NCBI GenBank assembly: GCA_963667845.2
Contig: CAXXVL010000002.1
Location: forward strand, 1,024,001 to 1,088,000
DNA length: 64,000 nt
Reading direction: 5' to 3'
DNA from: Smithellaceae bacterium
Lineage (GTDB): Bacteria > Desulfobacterota > Syntrophia > Syntrophales > Smithellaceae
The notes under the pieces are model-generated. The model was not told where the DNA came from. It did not search any database and saw only the letters and a program-made list of their open reading frames with translations. Below, piece after piece: positions 39,273 to 48,814 of the stretch. Positions within the stretch are counted from its first letter, which is position 1. Each line of letters begins with the position of its first letter. A program made the position numbers and the translations under genes.

Positions 39273-41393
39273 ATGAGTGAAGTATTTAGTACAGATTTTG
39301 CGGGGCGTAATTTTTCGCTAAAGACCAATTACGTGGCCGCGCAGGCAGACGGTTCCATGCTGGTTTATTACGGCGATACCGTTGTGCTGGTAACGGTGGT
39401 GTCATTAAAGAGCGTGAGAGAAGGTGTGGATTTTCTGCCGCTCACAGTGGACTATCAGGAAAAGACATTTGCGGCCGGTAAAATTCCCGGCGGCTTTTTT
39501 AAAAGGGAGGGGCGGAACAACGAGCGCGAAGTTTTAACGTCGCGGATCATTGATCGCGCGATTCGTCCCTTGTTTCCCAAGGGATATTATTCGGAAACAC
39601 AAGTCGTGGCCACGGTGCTGTCGGTGGACAAGGAAAACGACTCAGATGTCGCGGCGATGATTGGCGCATCCGCTGCCCTGGAAATGTCCGATGCCCCGTT
39701 TAAGGGACCGATTGCCGGTGTGCGCGTCGGCCGGATCAATGGTGACTTTGTTGCCAATGCTTCGGTGGAAAAGATGCAGGAAAGCGAGATGAACCTTTTC
39801 CTGGTGGGACGTAAAGTCACCCCAGGCAAGTCGGGTCGTCCCTATGATGTTGAACTGGTCATGATGGAAGGCGAGGCCAAGGAAGTTGCGGAAGACATTA
39901 TTGTCGACGCCATCAATTTTGGACTGGAAGCCGTCCGTCCGGTTATTGATCTGCAGGACAAGATGCGAGCGGAGGTTGGCAAAGCCAAGCGACCGGTGGA
40001 AGAAGTGGCGCCGGATGAAGAACTTATCGCGCGGGTGCGCGCCGAAGCTCTGCCCGGTTTGAAAGAAGGTTACAGCATACCCCGTAAATTGGAGCGTTAC
40101 AGTAAACTGGGTGATGTCCGGGAAACCGTGATCAAAAGCATCGGTGGTGATGATGCCGCGTTACGCAAAAAAGTTGCAGCGATTATCGAACATCTGGAAT
40201 CACGCATTTTGCGCGATATGATTATCCAGGAAAAGAAGAGAATCGACGGCCGGTCGTCAACCGATATTCGTCCGATCAGTTCGGAAGTCGGAGTATTGCC
40301 CCGTGCCCACGGTTCGGCCTTGTTTACCCGTGGTGAAACGCAGGCGCTGGCCGTCCTTACATTGGGGACCTCCGCCGATGAACAGCGGATGGACTATATC
40401 GCCGGTGAAGAACGGAGATCTTTCCTGCTGCACTATAATTTCCCGCCTTACAGTGTTGGTGAGGCTAAGCCGTTGCGCAGTCCCGGCAGAAGAGAAATCG
40501 GCCACGGCGCGCTGGCGCGTAAAGCATTGGTTCCCATCCTGCCGTCTCCTGAAACATTTCCCTACACCATCAGGATTGTTTCGGAAATTATGGCGTCTAA
40601 CGGATCATCGTCTATGGCCTCCGTCTGCGGCGGCATTTTGTGTTTAATGGACGGCGGCGTGCCGGTGAAAGACATTGTTGCAGGCATCGCCATGGGGCTT
40701 CTCAAAGAAGGCGAAGAAGTTGTCATTTTATCCGATATCCTTGGTGATGAAGACCATGCCGGCGATATGGACTTCAAAGTCTGCGGCACGGAAAAGGGCG
40801 TTACAGCCATGCAGATGGATATCAAGATCGACGGTCTGACAGAAGATATTTTGCGAAAGGCTCTGGCGCAGGCCAAAGCGGGCCGCCTCCATATCATTGG
40901 TAAAATTCGTGAAACTATGACGGCGCCCCGTGGAGATATTTCACTGTATGCGCCGCGTATTACCACAGTTAAAGTGAAGGAAGATCAGGTTCGCACAGTT
41001 ATCGGTTCCGGCGGCAAGAATATCCGTCAGATTATCAGCGAAACCGGTGTTACCATCGATGTGGAAGATGACGGCACTGTGACCATTGCTTCCGCCGATG
41101 CTGAAGCGGCGGCCCGCGCCGTGGCGATGGTGAAATGGCTGACCGAAGAAGCGGAAGTCGGTAAGATTTACCGCGGCACCGTGAAGAAAATCGTCGATTT
41201 CGGCGCGTTTGTCGAAATTCTTCCCGGGACGGAAGGCCTGCTGCATATCTCGCAAATTGCCAAAGAAAGAATCGCCAAAGTGACCGATGTATTGCAGGAA
41301 GGCGACGAGGTCATGGTGAAGGTGCTGGAAGTCGATAAGCAGGGCAAGATTCGTCTCAGTCGCAAAGAAGCATTGGGCGCTGAAGTAAAGTAG
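39273..41393 (+). CDS. pnp: Polyribonucleotide nucleotidyltransferase
   Basis: FLPLTVDYQE, RIDGR, SNGSSSMA, DILGDED..GDMDFK; KH and S1 domains. Confidence 0.98.
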   Translation: MSEVFSTDFAGRNFSLKTNYVAAQADGSMLVYYGDTVVLVTVVSLKSVREGVDFLPLTVDYQEKTFAAGKIPGGFFKREGRNNEREVLTSRIIDRAIRPLFPKGYYSETQVVATVLSVDKENDSDVAAMIGASAALEMSDAPFKGPIAGVRVGRINGDFVANASVEKMQESEMNLFLVGRKVTPGKSGRPYDVELVMMEGEAKEVAEDIIVDAINFGLEAVRPVIDLQDKMRAEVGKAKRPVEEVAPDEELIARVRAEALPGLKEGYSIPRKLERYSKLGDVRETVIKSIGGDDAALRKKVAAIIEHLESRILRDMIIQEKKRIDGRSSTDIRPISSEVGVLPRAHGSALFTRGETQALAVLTLGTSADEQRMDYIAGEERRSFLLHYNFPPYSVGEAKPLRSPGRREIGHGALARKALVPILPSPETFPYTIRIVSEIMASNGSSSMASVCGGILCLMDGGVPVKDIVAGIAMGLLKEGEEVVILSDILGDEDHAGDMDFKVCGTEKGVTAMQMDIKIDGLTEDILRKALAQAKAGRLHIIGKIRETMTAPRGDISLYAPRITTVKVKEDQVRTVIGSGGKNIRQIISETGVTIDVEDDGTVTIASADAEAAARAVAMVKWLTEEAEVGKIYRGTVKKIVDFGAFVEILPGTEGLLHISQIAKERIAKVTDVLQEGDEVMVKVLEVDKQGKIRLSRKEALGAEVK

Positions 41394-41424
41394 TCAATAA
41401 TCTTCAAATAGATCATGTCATGTC

Positions 41425-41454
41425 TGTCGGGGCAAATAATTATTTGCCCCGACA
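41425..41454. repeat. 30-bp perfect palindrome (REP-like) after pnp
   Basis: TGTCGGGGCAAATAA-TTATTTGCCCCGACA. Confidence 0.7.
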
Positions 41455-41480
41455 AGGGCAGGCGATGATTTTCTGATTTC

Positions 41481-41924
41481 ATGGAAAAAATAAAAGTACA
41501 TATTCAAAAGATGGCTGGAAATGAAGATATTCCCCTGCCGCGATATATGACCGAGCAGGCTGCCGGTATGGACATTTTTGCTGCTGTACCGTCGGATGAA
41601 GTGATCAATCCGGGTGAGCGCAAAAAAATCCCGACCGGTATCGCCATTTCCCTGCCTGACGGTTATGAAGCGCAAATCCGGCCCCGCAGTGGTCTGGCTA
41701 TTCACCAGGGGATTACGCTTTTAAATTCTCCCGGAACGATTGATGCCGATTACCGAGGCGAAATAGCCTTGATTGTCATCAATCACGGTAATACGCGGTT
41801 TGTCGTGCAAAGGGGCATGCGTCTGGCGCAAATGGTCGTTCAGAAGGTCTGTCAGGCACAATGGATCGAATCGTCGAGCTTGGATGAAACGACCAGAGGC
41901 AACGGTGGTTTCGGTCATACTTGA
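41481..41924 (+). CDS. dut: dUTP diphosphatase
   Basis: Motifs AGMD, RPRSGLA, GTIDADYRGE, RLAQ and RGNGGFGHT. Confidence 0.98.
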   Translation: MEKIKVHIQKMAGNEDIPLPRYMTEQAAGMDIFAAVPSDEVINPGERKKIPTGIAISLPDGYEAQIRPRSGLAIHQGITLLNSPGTIDADYRGEIALIVINHGNTRFVVQRGMRLAQMVVQKVCQAQWIESSSLDETTRGNGGFGHT

Positions 41925-42019
41925 TTTTCTTTTTTGCGTTTGGATGTCTTTCTTGATTTTGCATTTGCACTTAAACGGTGATATGGAAAGACAAAATTGC
42001 TCATGGCGAACAAGAGTTC

Positions 42020-43195
42020 ATGAAAAAATTCAAAATTAAAAAAACAATCCAGGAAATTAACGAGAAGATCAAAAAAGGATGCGCTGTTGTCGTCACCGCT
42101 GAGGAAATGATTGATGTGGTGGAAAAACACGGCGAGGTGGATGCCGCCCGTCGCATCGACGTTGTTACGACTGGAACGTTTGGGGCAATGTGTTCTTCCG
42201 GCGCCTTTCTGAATTTTGGACATACGTCTCCACGCATCCGGGCATCCAAGGTCTGGCTCAACGACGTCCCCGCTTATGGTGGCGTTGCGGCGGTTGATTG
42301 CTATTTAGGAGCGACAGAAGTGGTCGAAGGGGATCCACTGAACAGTGTTTATCCCGGTGAGTTTAACTATGGTGGCGGCCACGTTATTGAAGATCTGATA
42401 TCGGGCAATGTTGTGAAATTAAGAGCCGAGGGGTATGGAACAGATTGTTATCCATTACGAAAATTCGAAAAAAATATTACCATAAACGATTTGCGAGACG
42501 CTTTTCTCTTCAATCCCCGCAACGCCTACCAAAATTATAATTGCGCTGTGAATATGTCGGATACGACTATCTATACTTACATGGGGATGTTGCGTCCACG
42601 CATGGCTAATGCTTCGTATGCAACGTCCGGTCAACTCAGTCCGCTGTTTAATGATCCTTTCTACCGCACAATCGGTATTGGGACGCGGATTTTCTTGGGC
42701 GGAGCGCAGGGATTTGTTGCCTGGCCGGGCACACAGCACAATCCCCATGTGGCAAGAGGAGCCAATGGAGTGCCTAAAGAAGGCGCGGGCACTATAGCCG
42801 TCATTGGAAATTTGAAGGAAATGAGCCCTGAATGGCTGACCGGTGCCAGCATTTTGGGTTACGGAATTTCGCTTTTCGTCGGAATCGGTATTCCCATTCC
42901 TATTCTGGATGAAGATCTGGCACGATTTACTGCAGTGAAAGACGCAGATATTTATGCTCAGGTATATGATTACAGCATGGATTATCCAAAAGGCAATCCA
43001 AAACCGTTGGCGGAAGTCAGTTATCAGGATCTGCGCAGCGGTGTAATTAACATTGACAACAAAAAGGTTATTACTGCACCCATGTCCAGTTATTACAAAG
43101 CCAACCAAATTGCGAATATTCTTAAAGACTGGATAGAAAGCGGTAAATTCCTGCTAGGTGAACCGCAGCAGTCTTTGCCCTCAGTCACTTTGTGA
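42020..43195 (+). CDS. DUF39-family homocysteine biosynthesis protein (aspartate-semialdehyde sulfurtransferase, MA1821-like)
   Basis: Motifs DVVTTGTFGAMCSSGA, YGGGHVIE, NPRNAYQNY, LSPLFNDP..TIGIGTRIFLGG and GTQH. Confidence 0.88.
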   Translation: MKKFKIKKTIQEINEKIKKGCAVVVTAEEMIDVVEKHGEVDAARRIDVVTTGTFGAMCSSGAFLNFGHTSPRIRASKVWLNDVPAYGGVAAVDCYLGATEVVEGDPLNSVYPGEFNYGGGHVIEDLISGNVVKLRAEGYGTDCYPLRKFEKNITINDLRDAFLFNPRNAYQNYNCAVNMSDTTIYTYMGMLRPRMANASYATSGQLSPLFNDPFYRTIGIGTRIFLGGAQGFVAWPGTQHNPHVARGANGVPKEGAGTIAVIGNLKEMSPEWLTGASILGYGISLFVGIGIPIPILDEDLARFTAVKDADIYAQVYDYSMDYPKGNPKPLAEVSYQDLRSGVINIDNKKVITAPMSSYYKANQIANILKDWIESGKFLLGEPQQSLPSVTL

Positions 43196-43335
43196 TTTTC
43201 TGAAGATCCCGAATCTCTTATATAAATGACTTTCCTCCTATACTTTTTTTATTCAAATGATTGATGGTGATCATCATCACATAAAGATATCTTTATATTT
43301 AATATACTCCAGCAACCAGCCGATACTAAAATCAA

Positions 43336-43382
43336 TGATATTGGTTATCGATTGCTGATATTAAGTAATATTAAGTGATATT
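43336..43382. repeat. Phased direct repeats TRATATT upstream of the HTH gene
   Basis: TGATATT at 43336, 43356 and 43376, and TAATATT at 43366 (10-bp register). Confidence 0.55.
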
Positions 43383-43466
43383 GATAATGATTAAATATTT
43401 TTCTTGACTTTTTCTTCTAATTATAGTTTTTTAGATACAAACTAAAAGGTATCACTTTAAACCATA

Positions 43467-43664
43467 ATGGAAAATGTCAAGAAAAATAGGGTAAAAACGT
43501 TTCGCGAATCCATTCCGCTCAGCGTTTCCGAACTTGCCCGGAAGGCCGAATTGACGCCACAGACGATTGCTAAAATGGAAAAGGGTTTACCAACACGCAA
43601 GAATTCGGAATTAAAAGTGGCCAAGGCCTTACATAAGGCTTATGAAGAAGTTTTTCCTGAGTAG
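43467..43664 (+). CDS. Small Cro/XRE-type helix-turn-helix protein
   Basis: LSVSELARKAELTPQTIAKMEKG. Confidence 0.88.
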   Translation: MENVKKNRVKTFRESIPLSVSELARKAELTPQTIAKMEKGLPTRKNSELKVAKALHKAYEEVFPE

Positions 43665-43710
43665 GACAGAAGGTAATTTATGATATTTTGCCTGGAGGCA
43701 TGGCTGTTAC

Positions 43711-43977
43711 ATGAAGATCGGCAGGTACTTAATTGCCTTTTTGTTTCTAATGGCTCTTCTCATTACGTTCGGCAATCGGGGGATTGTTGACAATTATTTA
43801 ATGGGCAAGAGACTCTCTCAGCTGAAAGAGGCTAATAATTCTCTTATGGAGCAAAACAAAGAGCTGGGAGGAAAGATACTTTTATTGCGGAGTGATCTGG
43901 CTTATATTGAGTCTATAGCGCGTAATGAGTTAGGGATGGTCAAAAAAGGAGACGTTGTTTACCGGCTGGCAAAATAG
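43711..43977 (+). CDS. Septum formation initiator (FtsB/DivIC family)
   Basis: TM ending FGNRG, coiled coil, YIESIARNELGMVKKGD. Confidence 0.9.
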   Translation: MKIGRYLIAFLFLMALLITFGNRGIVDNYLMGKRLSQLKEANNSLMEQNKELGGKILLLRSDLAYIESIARNELGMVKKGDVVYRLAK

Positions 43978-44020
43978 CGGAGTGTTTTGATTCCGATAAA
44001 AATCACAAGACGGTGCTTTA

Positions 44021-45097
44021 ATGGATTTAAAAGAATTATTTTCAGGGTCAAAAAAACTTGTCGGTTTGGACATTGGTTCAAACTCTCTAAAGCTTGCAGA
44101 AATCATCAGCACATCTCATGGTCATATCCTTAACCGGTTCCGTCAAATCCCCGTTCCTCCCGGAATTATTGTTGACGGTGTTTTGGAGAACACCAGTGCT
44201 TTATCATCGATTGTCAAAGAACTTTTCCGTAATTCCGGATGTAAAGGAAAAGGAGTCGTCACTTCTCTTTCCGGCAGCTCCGTTATAGTTAAAAAAGTCA
44301 CCCTGGCCCAAATGGATGAAGCAGACTTGCGCGATTTAATTCGCGATGAAGCCGGCAAATATCTTCCTTTTGATAATATGGATGATGTGAATTATGACTT
44401 CCAGATACTGGGGGATAACGAATACAATCCAAATCAAATGGATGTTATCATTGTTGCCGCTAAAAAGACGGACGTCAGCAGCTATTTGGATGCGGTTACC
44501 GCAGCCGGTCTCGCCGTTATGATTATTGATGTGGATTCATTTGCACTGGAAACTATGTATGAAGCGAATTATGAATTTGAGGAAGACGAAATTATCGTCA
44601 TTGTCAACATTGGCGCCAGTCTAACAAATATTAATGTCATTAAGGGTGGAATGTCGATATTCACAAGAGATTTTACCATCGCTGGAAATGCGATCACAGA
44701 AGGTTTGCAGGAAAAATATCATGTATCCGCAGAAGAAGCGGAAAGAATGAAGATAGAAGGTATTCCTGGCAGTGAACAGGACAATGCAGATATTAGAAAT
44801 GCTATCTTGGATTGTGCTGAGCCGATATGTTCAGAAATCGAAAGATCTGTAGATTACTTCCGCTCAACGTTCGGCGGCGACTATATCAAGCGCGTATATC
44901 TATCCGGTGGGTCATCCAGGATCGCCGGTTTAAACAGCCATTTATCTCAGCGATTGAATATCGAGACGGAGTCAATTAATCCGCTGCTAAAAATCGGTTA
45001 TAACAAAAAAAATATAGATGCAGGAAAAATTGACAGCATCAAGACAATCGGTGCCGTGGCCATTGGGTTGGGTTTAAGGAAAATAGGTGATAAATGA
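44021..45097 (+). CDS. pilM: Type IV pilus assembly protein PilM
   Basis: VGLDIGS, YLPF, IIDVDSFAL, VNIGAS, LSGG and AVAIGLGLR. Confidence 0.96.
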   Translation: MDLKELFSGSKKLVGLDIGSNSLKLAEIISTSHGHILNRFRQIPVPPGIIVDGVLENTSALSSIVKELFRNSGCKGKGVVTSLSGSSVIVKKVTLAQMDEADLRDLIRDEAGKYLPFDNMDDVNYDFQILGDNEYNPNQMDVIIVAAKKTDVSSYLDAVTAAGLAVMIIDVDSFALETMYEANYEFEEDEIIVIVNIGASLTNINVIKGGMSIFTRDFTIAGNAITEGLQEKYHVSAEEAERMKIEGIPGSEQDNADIRNAILDCAEPICSEIERSVDYFRSTFGGDYIKRVYLSGGSSRIAGLNSHLSQRLNIETESINPLLKIGYNKKNIDAGKIDSIKTIGAVAIGLGLRKIGDK

Positions 45098-45642
45098 TTA
45101 AGATTAATCTTTTACCTTACCGTGAAAAAGCAAAGAAAGAAAATCTTTCAAGACAAATAACTATAATTGTCGGGCTATTTGTCATTTTCATTCTGTGCCT
45201 TGTCTTGGTGCAGACCTATATGGTTTCCGAAGTAACAGCATTGGAAGCGAAACTTAAAGAGTCCAATCAAATTTTAAAGATATTGAACGACAAAGTAGGC
45301 GATTTAGAAAAAGTTAAACTCAAGAAGGCTGAATTGGAGTTAAAACTGGGTGTAATCGCTACGCTGGAAGAAAATCGTATATTGCCGGTGAAGACACTGG
45401 ATGATTTATCAATGCTTGTTCCGCAAAAAAACATTTGGCTGGTAAAAATTGCACAAAGTGGTGACGGTCTGACAATAGAAGGAATTGGAAGTGATAATAT
45501 CGCCGCCGCTGATTTTATGAAAACCATTGAGAATTTTTCTGCAATCAAGTCGGTCGACTTAATTTCTTCAAAAAAAGTTGAAGTTGCGGGGGTAACTCTG
45601 CAGCGGTTTATCTTTGCCTGCAAAATGAAAAAGGGATTCTAA
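45094..45642 (+). CDS. pilN: Type IV pilus assembly protein PilN
   Basis: INLLPYR motif, TM and coiled coil. Confidence 0.93.
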   Translation: MIKINLLPYREKAKKENLSRQITIIVGLFVIFILCLVLVQTYMVSEVTALEAKLKESNQILKILNDKVGDLEKVKLKKAELELKLGVIATLEENRILPVKTLDDLSMLVPQKNIWLVKIAQSGDGLTIEGIGSDNIAAADFMKTIENFSAIKSVDLISSKKVEVAGVTLQRFIFACKMKKGF

Positions 45643-45645
45643 ATT

Positions 45646-46398
45646 ATGGCCATCACCATTAATGATATCAAAAAATTGTCTCCGCAGGCCAAAGCTCTGA
45701 TTGTCATCTTGGTAATCTTCATCATCAGCTATCTATATTATTTCTACTTTTTGTCTGACACTCTGACTAAAAAGTCAAAGCTCGAAAAAGATTACCAGGA
45801 CGTTCAACTGCAAATTAAGCAAAAAGAAAAAGTTGCGATACAATTGGTTAAATATAAAGCTGATGTCGCAGCCCTGGAAGAAAATTACAAAGTGGCTTTA
45901 TTGAAGCTCCCGGACCAGCGGGAAATCCCCGGTCTTTTTCATTCGGTTGCTTTGGCCGGAAGAGATGCGGGCGTTGAATTTCAATTGTTTGAGCCCAAAG
46001 CCTCTGTGCCGAAAACCCTTGATAAAGCAGAGACTGGCATTCCCAAAACTGCGGCCATGATTAAGCCGTCAGACCAGAAGCAGGCCGGAGCGCCTGCGCC
46101 TGCAGCAGAAGCGAAAAAACCACCCGTCAAGGGTAACGCCAAACAGCCGGAACCGGAACCTTTCTATGAGGAAATACCCGTCAAGGTGACAGTAACCGGC
46201 AATTTTCAGAATGTCGTGAGCTTTTTCGAGAAAGTGGCCAAGTTACCTCGTATTGTTAATATCTCCGATATTTCTATTGGTGATCGGAAAGAAATTAAGG
46301 GACGAGGATATCTCCTTACAACATCCTGTACTGTTAAAACATACATGTTTGTTGATAAACAAGAAAAGACAAGTGAAAAGAAAAATGAAAAAAAATAA
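45646..46398 (+). CDS. pilO: Type IV pilus assembly protein PilO
   Basis: LPDQREIPGL, FYEEIPV.V.VTGNF and LPRIVN; carries a Pro/Ala/Lys-rich insertion. Confidence 0.93.
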   Translation: MAITINDIKKLSPQAKALIVILVIFIISYLYYFYFLSDTLTKKSKLEKDYQDVQLQIKQKEKVAIQLVKYKADVAALEENYKVALLKLPDQREIPGLFHSVALAGRDAGVEFQLFEPKASVPKTLDKAETGIPKTAAMIKPSDQKQAGAPAPAAEAKKPPVKGNAKQPEPEPFYEEIPVKVTVTGNFQNVVSFFEKVAKLPRIVNISDISIGDRKEIKGRGYLLTTSCTVKTYMFVDKQEKTSEKKNEKK

Positions 46399-46906
46399 GA
46401 TTATTCTCTTTTGCATTGTGTTGATTCTTTTTTCAACAGCTATCTGTGCTTTTTGTATAGAAGTAAAGAAACCAGCGCCACAGACTTTGTCCCCCACACG
46501 CGGCACCGTTCAGCCGCCAGTGCAGCCGCCTTCTGCGCCGCAAGTTGCACCAGTGCCCGATAATGCATATAGCTATAATCCATTGGGCAAACCGGATCCC
46601 TTCAAGCCGTTTATTGATGTAGAAATCAAAGCAGCCAAAAAAGAAAAGAGCAAAATAGAGTCCATTTTCCCTCTGCAGAGAGCGGAAGTAGAAAATTTCA
46701 AACTTGTCGGAATTGTCGGCGATGAGGCGCGTCGCGTCGCCGTGGTTGAAGATTCTAATAAAAAATTCTACCCGCTGTTTATTGGTACAAGAATCGGTCT
46801 TCATGATGGAAAGGTGACTGATATACTGGCCGACAGGGTGACAGTGGATGAATTGGACGGAAAAAAGATTAAAAGAATTATTTTGAAACTGCGCAAAAAC
46901 ATATAA
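46385..46906 (+). CDS. pilP: Type IV pilus assembly protein PilP
   Basis: YNPLGKPDPFKPF, PLQ, KLVGI and G.RIG...GKV. Confidence 0.9.
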   Translation: MKKNKIILFCIVLILFSTAICAFCIEVKKPAPQTLSPTRGTVQPPVQPPSAPQVAPVPDNAYSYNPLGKPDPFKPFIDVEIKAAKKEKSKIESIFPLQRAEVENFKLVGIVGDEARRVAVVEDSNKKFYPLFIGTRIGLHDGKVTDILADRVTVDELDGKKIKRIILKLRKNI

Positions 46907-46918
46907 TGAGGTAATGTC

Positions 46919-48709
46919 ATGAAAAAATATATATCCAAGATAATCTCTGCTTTCATCATTCTTTGGATTATTTTATGTTCACCGCTTGGAGTGTTTACAG
47001 GCTTAAGTGCAGATCAAAATAAAATCTCCGCGACCGAAAAAGAAGCGGCAAGTGTAGGTTACCTGGAGAATATCTTATTCGACAAGTCTCCCGGTCGCGA
47101 AAGAGTGAGTCTTGTTGTATCTCATCAGCCCGCGATTGCTCCACCCTCCATTCAGGCGGATAATAGTTTGCTCATCAGACTGGAAAACATGTTTGTACCG
47201 GACAGTATGCGCGAGACACTGGGAGCCGGACAGTTGCTTAATGTGACTGGCGCGCGGGCGCAACAGCAGACGGCCGCTGGAAAACAGTGGATCAATCTTA
47301 GAATTAACCTTAAAGAAAATGTGCCTTATTCCATACGGCAAGAAGGGAAAGCCGTCATTATTGATTTCAACATTTCCAGTATTGAAGCAAAATTAAGAGC
47401 CGAAAATCAAAAGGATGCTGTGAAAGGAAGAGGAATATCGTCTACCGATGACGATATCAGTGGGGAAGGCGACATAAGAAAGCCAGGCAGACGCGACGCG
47501 GCAAGAAAAAACTCCGGTCGCATCATATCGCTTGATTTCCAGGATGCAGACATTAAGAGTGTTTTGCGGCTCATGTCTGAATACGGCAATGTAAGTATCA
47601 TTTCCGGCGACGATGTCAGGGGAAACGTTACGTTGACAATGAAAAATGTTCCCTGGGAACAGGCGTTGGATTCCATATTGGATATTCATGGCCTTGCCAA
47701 AAAACAAATGGGTGATGTCATCAGCGTTATGACGAACGACAGAAAGAAAAAAGAGGAAGCCGATAAAGCGTCAGCGGAACTGAGTCAGGTTAAAGCGGAA
47801 GAAACCCGCAAGGCAAGAGAGCTGCAAGTATTGGTCGAAAAAGGAAAGTTACGTCAAATATTGATTGAAGCAAAAATTGTGGAGGCTACAGAAGAGTTCG
47901 TTAGAAACCTTGGCATCCAGTGGGGTTTCGGCAATAACTCATCCATAGGATCCTATGGTTTGGGGCTGGCCGCCGGTACAAATCCCCTCACTCAAACCAG
48001 AACCGGGTTGATTTCGTATCCCCCAGAAATTACAGGAACCTCCTTAAGTGCGTTGACAATGGCTGCGGTGAATTTTCCCGCCAGTGTGCTCGGACCGACG
48101 TTTGGCCTTGTTTTTGGCGGCGCACGCGGTTTCATTGAGACCCAGCTTTCCGCCTTAGAGACAACAACCCAAGGGAAAATTATTTCGTCACCCAAAGTTG
48201 TGACTATGGACAATGTAAAAGCTGTCATCAAACAAGGTGATGAGGTTCCTTATGTCACACCGGCCTCCGGCACGTCACCTGCGACCGTCACTTTTAAAGA
48301 GGCGGTTTTGCGGCTGGAAGTAAAACCGAAAATCACGGATGAAGGCCGTATTTCCATGGAAATCAAAGCGACGAATGACACACCGGACTATGCACAAGGA
48401 CAGTTACTTCAGGGCAATCCGCCTATTCGTAAAAATGAAGTTGAATCCAAGATAGTGGTACAAGACGGTGATACCGTCGTAATAGGCGGTGTATATCGAG
48501 ATCAGGAAGATAAAAGTGTTTCTGGTATCCCCTGGGCTTATAAAATCCCGGTTTTGGGATGGCTGTTTAAAACTGAAAATATCTCGAAGCAAAAAAGACA
48601 GTTGATGATATTTATTACTCCGAAGATATTGTCGGGGTCCGGATATATTGAAGATGAATGCAATGCGACAAATCTGGAAAATTTAGATCGCTGCCGCAAT
48701 CGAAAATAG
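46919..48709 (+). CDS. pilQ: Type IV pilus secretin PilQ
   Basis: STN domain ISLDFQDADI..VPWEQAL; secretin domain QILIEAKIVE, SSPKVVT, GDTVVIGG, IPVLGWLFK and IFITPKI. Confidence 0.94.
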   Translation: MKKYISKIISAFIILWIILCSPLGVFTGLSADQNKISATEKEAASVGYLENILFDKSPGRERVSLVVSHQPAIAPPSIQADNSLLIRLENMFVPDSMRETLGAGQLLNVTGARAQQQTAAGKQWINLRINLKENVPYSIRQEGKAVIIDFNISSIEAKLRAENQKDAVKGRGISSTDDDISGEGDIRKPGRRDAARKNSGRIISLDFQDADIKSVLRLMSEYGNVSIISGDDVRGNVTLTMKNVPWEQALDSILDIHGLAKKQMGDVISVMTNDRKKKEEADKASAELSQVKAEETRKARELQVLVEKGKLRQILIEAKIVEATEEFVRNLGIQWGFGNNSSIGSYGLGLAAGTNPLTQTRTGLISYPPEITGTSLSALTMAAVNFPASVLGPTFGLVFGGARGFIETQLSALETTTQGKIISSPKVVTMDNVKAVIKQGDEVPYVTPASGTSPATVTFKEAVLRLEVKPKITDEGRISMEIKATNDTPDYAQGQLLQGNPPIRKNEVESKIVVQDGDTVVIGGVYRDQEDKSVSGIPWAYKIPVLGWLFKTENISKQKRQLMIFITPKILSGSGYIEDECNATNLENLDRCRNRK

Positions 48710-48731
48710 TCTAGAACTTAACATAATCCAG

Positions 48732-48767
48732 AATCCCTCTTCACGAAATGTGCCGAGGGATTTTTTT
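48732..48767 (+). terminator. Intrinsic terminator after pilQ
   Basis: AATCCCTC..GAGGGATT followed by a T run. Confidence 0.65.
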
Positions 48768-48814
48768 CGCAACTTAGAAGTGATTTCACTCAATTTTAAT
48801 GGAATGATTAAACC

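Noticed and set aside
43196..43466. AT-rich spacer as a possible replication origin or CRISPR leader
   Set aside because: No DnaA-box cluster, no repeat-spacer array and no cas genes.
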